35,490 nt of DNA from the NCBI GenBank assembly GCA_021741845.1, contig JAIOWY010000003.1, positions 1-35,490 on the forward strand. The letters are read 5' to 3'. The notes under the pieces are model-generated. The model had not been told where the DNA came from. It did no database searches and saw only the letters and a program-made list of their open reading frames with translations. Shown one piece after another: positions 28,286 to 35,490 of the stretch; the stretch's first letter is position 1; each line of letters begins with the position of its first letter. The position numbers and the translations under genes are program-made. This DNA comes from Candidatus Nanopelagicales bacterium. Lineage in GTDB: Bacteria > Actinomycetota > Actinomycetes > S36-B12.

Positions 28286-29596
28286 CTACCGCACAACGAT
28301 ATACGTTGTTCCGCGAACACTCTTCTTGACCTTCGATTTCACACCGACAACGCACAGTCCCCGAGTCTTCATGCGGACGCCCGTCTTCTTCACCGCGCAG
28401 ACCGATTGTGAGGCGGGGCGAACGGTCAGGGTGACTTTCGCGGCCTGTGCCTTGGTCAGACCAGCGAGTGTCGCAATGCGCGCTGTCGTCACTAGTTTCC
28501 CGGGCGCACTCACTGCATTGACCGGGACCGCCACAATGGGCGCGGAGGGAGTACTGGCTTCCCGGCTGTTCTGTGATTGGACAACCAAGGTCGCCGGAAC
28601 GCCAATAGGGAGGTCGGTGAGTAGACACTGTGGTTCCGCCGTTGAGCACACTTGCGCGGCCGTTCCATTAGCGTCCACGGTGGACACGCTGTAGGTGACG
28701 GACGTGTCATTGCCGTAATCGGTCACCGGTTGCCACTGCACCAGGAGCTTGCCTTTAATCCCTGGAATTGCCCTGAGCTCCGTGGGTGTGGCCGGTTGCA
28801 TGATCGGCAACGGAACAATTCCTCGAATCCAACCGGCATAGGTGGTCACCCGCGTGTAGATACCGGGGAAATTTGGCAGTGCACATTGATTGCCCACGCT
28901 CGTTATACCGGCCAATAAGGGGATACCCGACTCGCTCACCACCAGGGGTCCGCCACTGTCACCTTGACAGGTGTCAATCCCTCCGCCCGGTACACCAGCA
29001 CAAATATCGTCAGCCGATTGGAAACTACTGCCGTAGTCGCCGCAGGAATCTGTTCCGGGGCTATTCAGAATGCTGATCGTGGCTGCGTTCAATTGATTGC
29101 TGACTTGTCCGTCAAAACTGGTTGCCCCCCACCCGGAAATCTGCGCGGGCGTTCCCTGCGCGGGCCAGCTTGATGGGTCAACACCCGACGGCACACCAAT
29201 CAAACCCACGGTGGCGCCGAGTGTGACCGGTGATGCCAACTGCACAAGAGCAATGTCAGCATTGAATATCGTGCCATTCCAGTCGGGGTGAATCACAATC
29301 TGCGAGACCGCGGTTCGGGAGGCAGCCGACCGCTGTGACAGCTGATCAATGCCGCTGTACACCGACACTCCTGCCGGGGACGAATTGGCAACACAGTGTG
29401 CTGCCGTCACCACCCAGTCGACGTTGATCAGAGAACCACCGCACAGGGTGTTCCCGGCCGAGATGGACACTTGCCACGGGACTTGCGAGATGGAGATAGC
29501 CGAACCTCCAACAATCCGCGGGACAATCGCCGTGGCGGAGGGAGCAGGTACGGCCAGCGCAAGAACGCCGGCAAGAAACACTCCAAGGATTCGCAC
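28286..29596 (-). CDS. Secreted S1A trypsin-like serine protease with an FN3-like domain and a basic C-terminal domain
   Basis: Signal peptide, R|IVGG, TAAHC, DIAL, DTCQGDSGGP and PGIYTRV. FN3-like PATPT...LLVQWQP...YSV. Leaderless layout CATAAT-N6-GTG. Confidence 0.92.
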   Translation of the reverse strand: MRILGVFLAGVLALAVPAPSATAIVPRIVGGSAISISQVPWQVSISAGNTLCGGSLINVDWVVTAAHCVANSSPAGVSVYSGIDQLSQRSAASRTAVSQIVIHPDWNGTIFNADIALVQLASPVTLGATVGLIGVPSGVDPSSWPAQGTPAQISGWGATSFDGQVSNQLNAATISILNSPGTDSCGDYGSSFQSADDICAGVPGGGIDTCQGDSGGPLVVSESGIPLLAGITSVGNQCALPNFPGIYTRVTTYAGWIRGIVPLPIMQPATPTELRAIPGIKGKLLVQWQPVTDYGNDTSVTYSVSTVDANGTAAQVCSTAEPQCLLTDLPIGVPATLVVQSQNSREASTPSAPIVAVPVNAVSAPGKLVTTARIATLAGLTKAQAAKVTLTVRPASQSVCAVKKTGVRMKTRGLCVVGVKSKVKKSVRGTTYIVVR

Positions 29597-29623
29597 CTTG
29601 TCATTATGCCCTGCGGTAACCCG

Positions 29624-30850
29624 CTAGACGGTGGTGACCGAAGCACCTTTCCCTAGTACCACGATCCCGCCCGGGCTCACGGTGTACTGCGATCGATCGT
29701 GCTCAAGGTCAACACCGATCTGAGCGTTATCAGGGATCACCACATTTTTGTCCAAGATTGCATGGCGGACAACCGCATTGCGGCCAATACGCACACCGGG
29801 CATGAGCACGCTGCCTTCTACATATGCGCCCGTTTCAACAATCACATTGGACGCAATGACGGAGGTGCGAACATGCCCACCAGAAATAATGCTGCCCGCT
29901 CCCACCATTGACTCGTGGGCATTTCCCCCTTCAACGAATTTAGCCGGGGGTAATGGCGGAATATTCGAGAGGATCGGCCAGCGTCGGTTGTACAGGTTGA
30001 ATACCGGGTGCACGGAGACAAGATCCATGTGAGCATCGTGGTAACTATCAAGGGAACCAACATCACGCCAATAGCCAGAGTCTCGAGCGGTGGCGCCCGG
30101 AACAATATTGGAACTAAAGTCGTACACAAATGCTCGTCCTTGCTCGGTGAGCATGGGAATAATGTTCCCGCCCATGTCGTGCACCGACGAGGGATCGGCC
30201 GCATCTTCGCGGAGGGCCTCGAGAAGAACGTCCGTGGAAAATACGTAGTTACCCATGGACACAAAGGATTCATCTGGTGAGCCAGGAATGGCGGGCGGAT
30301 CCGCGGGCTTTTCCAGGAATCGGGCAATGCGGTGTCCATCTGACGCCACCTCAATGACACCAAATTCGCTGGCGGTGTCTCGGGGACGGCGCAAACCAGC
30401 AACGGTGACCCCCGCGCCACTGTCAATGTGGGCTTCAATCATTTGCATGGGATCCATGCGATAGACGTGGTCAGCACCGAACACCACAACGTAGTCAGGA
30501 TCCTCGTCGTACACCAGATTGAGACTCTGGAAAATCGCGTCAGCACTTCCCGTAAACCACCGGGGACCCAAACGCTGCTGCGCCGGGACGGGAGTGACGT
30601 AGTCGCCCAGCAATGTCGGCATGCGCCAGGTTTGCGTTATGTGACGGTCTAATGAGTGGGACTTGTACTGGGTGAGCACGCACACTCGACGCAGGCCCGC
30701 GTTAATGAGATTGGAGAGCACAAAGTCAATAAGTCGGTAGGAACCACCAAATGGAACTGCCGGCTTAGCGCGATCGGCAGTCAAGGGCATGAGGCGCTTG
30801 CCCTCGCCACCGGCGAGCACCATGGCCAGCACACTCGGATCCCCGGACAT
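29624..30850 (-). CDS. glgC: Glucose-1-phosphate adenylyltransferase
   Basis: [45 protein letters not shown] and YWRDVG. Confidence 0.97.
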   Translation of the reverse strand: MSGDPSVLAMVLAGGEGKRLMPLTADRAKPAVPFGGSYRLIDFVLSNLINAGLRRVCVLTQYKSHSLDRHITQTWRMPTLLGDYVTPVPAQQRLGPRWFTGSADAIFQSLNLVYDEDPDYVVVFGADHVYRMDPMQMIEAHIDSGAGVTVAGLRRPRDTASEFGVIEVASDGHRIARFLEKPADPPAIPGSPDESFVSMGNYVFSTDVLLEALREDAADPSSVHDMGGNIIPMLTEQGRAFVYDFSSNIVPGATARDSGYWRDVGSLDSYHDAHMDLVSVHPVFNLYNRRWPILSNIPPLPPAKFVEGGNAHESMVGAGSIISGGHVRTSVIASNVIVETGAYVEGSVLMPGVRIGRNAVVRHAILDKNVVIPDNAQIGVDLEHDRSQYTVSPGGIVVLGKGASVTTV

Positions 30851-30920
30851 GGCAGCAGCCTAGCCGTGTTCGACCGGGGACACACCCCTTCGGCGGAACA
30901 GAAACCCCTAGGCTGCTCCT

Positions 30921-32090
30921 GTGCGAGCCGCCATCCTGACGCGTGAATGGCCACCGGAAATCTACGGTGGTGCTGGAGTGCATGTGCAATTCCTGGTCCC
31001 GGCGTTGCGCCGCCACATTTCTGTCGACGTATTGGCTTTTGGTGAGTCCTATCCGGACGCGACCGCGTTTGGAACTCCGAGCTTTCTGCAGGGTGCCAAC
31101 CCGGCCCTCGCGACCATGGGGACAAATCTCGCCATGGCGCAGGAGCTGGCAACCCTGAGTCCCGACGTTGTTCATTCGCACACGTGGTACACCAATTTCG
31201 CCGGGGAGACCACGGCCCGCATGCTGGATATCCCGCATATTGTGACCGCACACTCATTGGAACCGTTGCGTCCATGGAAAGCGGAACAATTGGGCGGGGG
31301 GTACCGGCTGTCGTCTTGGGTGGAGCAGTCCGCGTATGCATCTGCCGCCGGAGTCATTGCCGTTTCTGCAGGCATGAGAAAAGATATTCTCGATTGCTAT
31401 CCCCACATTGACCCGTCACGAGTGCACGTCATTCACAACGGGATCGACACGGACCTGTACCGACCCGATCCCAGTTTCGATGCTCTGGACAAATACGCCA
31501 TTGATCCGGCAACGCCCTACGTACTTTTTGTCGGCCGAATCACTCGTCAAAAAGGACTCCCCCACCTCCTTGCGGCCGCTCGACAATTCGACAGTTCGGT
31601 GAACCTCGTGTTGTGCGCAAGTTCGCCTGACACTCCAGAGATTGCCGCGGAAGTAGCAGACCTCGTTGCTCAGTTGCGTGCGGAACGCGGCGAGCAGTCA
31701 GTGACCTGGATACAGGAGCAGGTTCCGCGCAGTGAGCTCCTGCAACTTTTTACCCACGCCACAGTCTTTGCCTGTCCGTCCATCTACGAACCCCAGGGAA
31801 TTGTGAACCTGGAAGCAATGGCGTGTGAGACGGCGGTCGTTGCCAGCAATGTTGGAGGCATTCCCGAGGTCGTGGTTGACGGTGAGACAGGTGTCCTCGT
31901 TCCCTACGACCCCGCGGAACCACGCGCATTCGAACACGCATTTGCTGACGCAGTCAATCGAGTGGTTGCTGATCCCCTCGCTGCTCAGGCACTCGGTGCG
32001 CATGGTCGAGCACGTGCTGTCACCGCATTCGCGTGGAATGCCATTGCCCAACAAACAATTGCCGTCTATCAGTCGGTGACAAGTGAGTGA
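30921..32090 (+). CDS. glgM: Alpha-maltose-1-phosphate synthase GlgM (actinobacterial 'GlgA', GT4)
   Basis: TREWPPEIYGGAGVHV, HSHTWY, HSLEPLRPWKAEQLGGGY, VGRITRQKG and CPSIYEPQGIVNLEAMAC. Divergent from glgC. Confidence 0.92.
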   Translation: MRAAILTREWPPEIYGGAGVHVQFLVPALRRHISVDVLAFGESYPDATAFGTPSFLQGANPALATMGTNLAMAQELATLSPDVVHSHTWYTNFAGETTARMLDIPHIVTAHSLEPLRPWKAEQLGGGYRLSSWVEQSAYASAAGVIAVSAGMRKDILDCYPHIDPSRVHVIHNGIDTDLYRPDPSFDALDKYAIDPATPYVLFVGRITRQKGLPHLLAAARQFDSSVNLVLCASSPDTPEIAAEVADLVAQLRAERGEQSVTWIQEQVPRSELLQLFTHATVFACPSIYEPQGIVNLEAMACETAVVASNVGGIPEVVVDGETGVLVPYDPAEPRAFEHAFADAVNRVVADPLAAQALGAHGRARAVTAFAWNAIAQQTIAVYQSVTSE

Positions 32091-33057
32091 TCTGGCTGAA
32101 CCAATACCGGGAATCAAACTAGCCAAGCAGCCGCACCCATTCACCGGTTACATTCTTTATCTCACGGCGTCCATTCTGTTTGCCATTAATGGCACAGTCT
32201 CCAAATCCATTCTGCTCACGGGGATTGACCCGGAACGACTTTCCCAAATTCGAGTGACCGGCGCCTTTGTTATTTTGGTGATTTTCGTGGCAGTGACCAG
32301 GCCCGCTCGCTTGAAACTGAAGTGGAGGGAGATTCCACTCCTGCTCGCCTACGGCATCTTGGGTGTCGCCATGACGCAGTATCTCTACTTTGTTTCCCTG
32401 GTTTACCTGCCCGTGGGCGTGGCACTACTCATTGAATTCACCGCACCCATTCTCGTTGCGCTGTGGATGCGATTTGTGTGGAAGGAACCCACAAAGAGAA
32501 CGGTGTGGGTCGCCCTCGGCATGGCCTTGATCGGTTTGGCATTGGTTGCGCAAGTGTGGCTGGGATTTGCCCTCAACTCACTGGGTGTGCTGGCTGCCGT
32601 GGGTGCCGCACTCGCACTGTCCACGTTTTATCTCTTGGGTGACAAACAGGTGCGATCGGAGAACGCCCGCGATCCCGTGTCTTTAACCATGTGGGGCTTT
32701 GGTGCAGCGGCGCTCTTTTGGGCAATTGCCCAACCCTGGTGGTCATTCCCGTGGGATCGACTAACGGGGGTCACGGAGCCGCTCGGCAGTGTGGGCGTAC
32801 AGATCCCGCTCTGGATCATGACCGTGTCCATGGTCATTCTGGGTACGGTCCTGCCCTTCTGGCTTGTTGTTGAGTCGCTGCACCACCTGCGGGCATCGCA
32901 GGCCTCCACCATGGGACTGACAGAGCCGCTCTTTGCCACGATCATTGCGTGGATCGTGCTCGGTGAGGCTCTGACCGTTATTCAAATGACGGGCGGCGTC
33001 TTGATTCTGCTCGGCGTATTCCTCGCCGAACGCTCGCGAAAACCCGCGAGGGCATAG
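32083..33057 (+). CDS. EamA/DMT family transporter
   Basis: About 10 TM helices in two repeats; LPVGVALLIEFTAP and EPLFATIIAWIVLGE. Confidence 0.88.
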   Translation: MSDLAEPIPGIKLAKQPHPFTGYILYLTASILFAINGTVSKSILLTGIDPERLSQIRVTGAFVILVIFVAVTRPARLKLKWREIPLLLAYGILGVAMTQYLYFVSLVYLPVGVALLIEFTAPILVALWMRFVWKEPTKRTVWVALGMALIGLALVAQVWLGFALNSLGVLAAVGAALALSTFYLLGDKQVRSENARDPVSLTMWGFGAAALFWAIAQPWWSFPWDRLTGVTEPLGSVGVQIPLWIMTVSMVILGTVLPFWLVVESLHHLRASQASTMGLTEPLFATIIAWIVLGEALTVIQMTGGVLILLGVFLAERSRKPARA

Positions 33058-33131
33058 GTCCCACTCTTGTGTGAGACTTCGCGCTGTTACTGGTAGCGCC
33101 GTCAACCGCTGCACCTTGACATAATCAGGAC

Positions 33132-34328
33132 ATGTCAGAACAACGTGTGGTCATTGTTGGTGCGGGTCTCGGTGGTCTGCGCGCAGCTGAGTCGCTCCGC
33201 AGCAACGGGTTTACCGGACGCATCACAATTGTGGGAGACGAGCCGCACCAGCCATATAACCGACCGCCCTTGTCTAAGGATGCGCTCAAATCCGGACGCG
33301 ACCACGCGGAGCTGAAATTCCGTCAGCGGGATTCCATTGCAGACGTTGAGTGGCTGCTGGGGGAACCAGCCACGTCACTGAACCTCCGCGATAAGAAGGT
33401 ATTCCTGGCAGATGGCACCACCGTGGATTTCGACGGACTGGTGATCGCCACCGGCATTCGCCCGCGTCTGTTGCCTATTCCTGGACCAACCGCCGGCCTT
33501 TTCACCCTGCGCACGCTCAACGATGCGCACGCCTTGCGCGAAGCGATCACGCCTGATCACAATCTCGTGATTCTGGGGAGTGGCTTTATTGGGTGTGAGT
33601 TAGCGGCAACGGCGACGCAACTTGGTGCACGCGTTCATGTTGTGTCCCTCGACGCTGAACCCATGATCATGCCTATGGGTGCGGACCTAGGCGCGGCCAT
33701 GCGCCGGCGGCACGAGCAACACGGCATTACATTTCACTTAGGGCGCACGGTCACTTCATTCGATGGCACGGACCACATCACCGCTGTGACATTGGATAAC
33801 GGTGAAGTGATTCCAACGGAGGTGGTTGTCGAGGCCATTGGATCAGTACCCAATACGGAGTGGCTTGAAGGGAATGGGCTTGATCTGACCAACGGAGTCC
33901 TGGTGGACCACTCCATGCGGGTACTCGGTACAGACGTTCCCGTGGTCGCCGTTGGTGACATTGCCCGACACCCCGGAGTTCTGTATCCGGAACCCCGACG
34001 CATTGAACACTGGAACATGCCAACGGAAACAGGTAAACGAGCCGGGGCCACCCTCGCAGCACTCCTCGCCGGGGACCAGGCATCAACCGACACGTTTGCC
34101 GCGCTGCCGGCGTTCTGGTCGGATCAGTTTGAGTATCAGCTTCAGTCTTATGGTCTTCCCGGGGGCGCAGCCAGTTCCTCTGTGACCTTTGGTGACCTTG
34201 ATGCTGCGTGCATTGTTGAGTACTACAACGACGGTGGTGAACTTGTCGGCGTGATCGGCATCGATACGGTGAAGGAACTCATGCCGTATCGCAAACAGTT
34301 TATGGAGAGGTTGGCGCCGACCACATGA
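33132..34328 (+). CDS. NAD(P)H:ferredoxin reductase-like FAD-dependent oxidoreductase
   Basis: VIVGAGLGG, PYNRPPLSK, LVIATG, GSGFIGCE, AVGDIA, RIEHW and FWSDQF. Leaderless layout CATAAT-N6-ATG. Confidence 0.9.
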   Translation: MSEQRVVIVGAGLGGLRAAESLRSNGFTGRITIVGDEPHQPYNRPPLSKDALKSGRDHAELKFRQRDSIADVEWLLGEPATSLNLRDKKVFLADGTTVDFDGLVIATGIRPRLLPIPGPTAGLFTLRTLNDAHALREAITPDHNLVILGSGFIGCELAATATQLGARVHVVSLDAEPMIMPMGADLGAAMRRRHEQHGITFHLGRTVTSFDGTDHITAVTLDNGEVIPTEVVVEAIGSVPNTEWLEGNGLDLTNGVLVDHSMRVLGTDVPVVAVGDIARHPGVLYPEPRRIEHWNMPTETGKRAGATLAALLAGDQASTDTFAALPAFWSDQFEYQLQSYGLPGGAASSSVTFGDLDAACIVEYYNDGGELVGVIGIDTVKELMPYRKQFMERLAPTT

Positions 34329-35490
34329 CACCAAATGACGCACCATTCCTTGACACCACGTTGTCCTTGGGTGCTGACCGCGACGCCATTTTGCAGCACG
34401 CGGCGGAGATTGTGAGCCGAACCTGGGCGGAATTTGATGCGGCCCGAGATCACCAGCCCGAACCCTCTGCTGCTCTCGTGGCTGAACTTGCCGCACCCAT
34501 GCCGGAGCAACCCAGCGATGCGGTCACCGCATTAGACCTGGCGGCGGAGGCGCTCGATTCCTCACTGACGCAGGCCAGGCCTCGTTATCTGGCCTATATC
34601 GGCTCAAGTGGCCTGGAGATTGGCGCATTGGGAGATCTGTTAGCACATTCCCATGATCCGAATCTGGCGCTCTATGCAGGTGCCGCATCCGACATTGAAA
34701 CCCAAACAATTGCCTGGTTGGCACAGTTTCTTGGGTATCCGTTTAACTACGGGTTCTTCACCAGCGGTGGAACAATTAGTAATTTGACCGCGCTCGCGGC
34801 TGCACGTGAACGAGCTTTACCTGGTAGCCGAAAGACGGGCCTTGCCGACAATCGGCTTGCGCTGTACTGCTCCGCGGAGGCCCACTATTCGGTCAAGCGT
34901 GCAGCCGAGGTACTGGGATTAGGTGCAGATTTTGTTCGCGCTATTCCCATTGATCAACACCGCCGCATGATCCCAGCAGAACTTGCTCGCACTATTGCGC
35001 AGGATCGCGCGGACGGTGTTATCCCCATGGCCGTGGTCGCAACAGCGGGCACAACACTCACCGGTGCTGTTGACCCCGTTGGTGAGATTGCCCGAGCCGC
35101 TCCCGGCGTGTGGCTGCACGTCGATGGTGCCTATGGTCTGCCCGCTGCTGGCGCACCTACGTCCGCTCCCCTGTTTGCCGGTTTGGAGCACGCCGATTCG
35201 CTGAGCATTGATGCGCACAAGTGGATGTTTGTCCCTAAGGCGTGCAGTGCGATTCTGGTTCGCGATCCAGCCACACTGGCCGCAGCCTTTTCCCACAATG
35301 AGGCGTACATACCCCACGACGACGGGGATGTGAATGCCGTGGACACCACCATCGAGTACTCGCGTCCACTCCGCGCCCTCAAGCTCTGGCTCGCATTCAA
35401 GGTGCACGGAGCCGCTGCCATTCGTGGCGCATTGGAAAAGAACCTTGCACAGGCACAATTGCTCTACACCATGGCGGATCAGGCATCTGA
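34325..35490 (+). CDS. Group II PLP-dependent amino acid decarboxylase (partial, runs off the window end)
   Basis: Not in the ORF track. Manual translation from ATG 34325 (ATGA overlap) gives FTSGGTISNLTAL, AHYSVKRAA, ATAGTTLTGAVDP, WLHVDGAYG and SIDAHKW (PLP Lys). Confidence 0.92.
   Translation, partial: MTPNDAPFLDTTLSLGADRDAILQHAAEIVSRTWAEFDAARDHQPEPSAALVAELAAPMPEQPSDAVTALDLAAEALDSSLTQARPRYLAYIGSSGLEIGALGDLLAHSHDPNLALYAGAASDIETQTIAWLAQFLGYPFNYGFFTSGGTISNLTALAAARERALPGSRKTGLADNRLALYCSAEAHYSVKRAAEVLGLGADFVRAIPIDQHRRMIPAELARTIAQDRADGVIPMAVVATAGTTLTGAVDPVGEIARAAPGVWLHVDGAYGLPAAGAPTSAPLFAGLEHADSLSIDAHKWMFVPKACSAILVRDPATLAAAFSHNEAYIPHDDGDVNAVDTTIEYSRPLRALKLWLAFKVHGAAAIRGALEKNLAQAQLLYTMADQAS

Noticed and set aside
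20-35458. The many 60-200 aa alternative-frame and antisense ORFs in the track (e.g. 4626-5246, 21021-21629, 29842-30438, 34919-35458)
   Set aside because: They lie within well-supported genes, have no motifs and show the Arg/Pro/Ser-rich composition typical of shadow ORFs in GC-rich DNA.
35488-35490. Terminal TGA as the decarboxylase stop codon
   Set aside because: It is out of frame (the frame reads CAG GCA TCT GA.), so the gene continues past the window.
1-35490. Mobile elements, prophage, defence systems, tRNA or rRNA genes
   Set aside because: No transposase, integrase, nuclease or phage-like ORFs are present. The short intergenic gaps are accounted for by promoters and show no tRNA hallmarks such as a GGTTCGAATCC T-arm.

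Overview
The window is compact core chromosome from an actinobacterium (high GC, very short intergenic spacers). Gene order resembles the conserved Streptomyces/Nocardioides block: ispF-ispD-carD, lipoprotein, regX3/senX3 (phoP/phoR), phoU, mshA-ybjN-gpmA, XRE/hbhA-position/DUF2516, asparaginase, dtd, ygfZ, nur, nitrobindin, glnR, mshD, ppk1, CYTH-CHAD, mutT1 and pstSCAB. It continues with a secreted trypsin, glgC/glgM, an EamA transporter, a ferredoxin reductase-like gene and a truncated PLP decarboxylase. I saw no tRNA, rRNA, CRISPR, transposase, integrase or phage gene, and nothing I can call a wholly new multi-gene system with confidence. The best leads are: (1) an XRE regulator with a palindromic operator next to a pentapeptide-repeat, phasin-like protein in the hbhA slot; (2) an uncalled 33-aa membrane protein heading the nitrobindin-nur-ygfZ operon; (3) a remodelled phosphate module with an apparently soluble SenX3/PhoR, a degenerate CHAD domain, a six-unit PHO-box array and an extra lipoprotein after pstB; (4) a basic two-Cys C-terminal domain on the protease; (5) tandem palindromic sites upstream of glnR; and (6) pervasive leaderless promoter architecture. 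All family calls come from motif recognition by eye; no database search was run.
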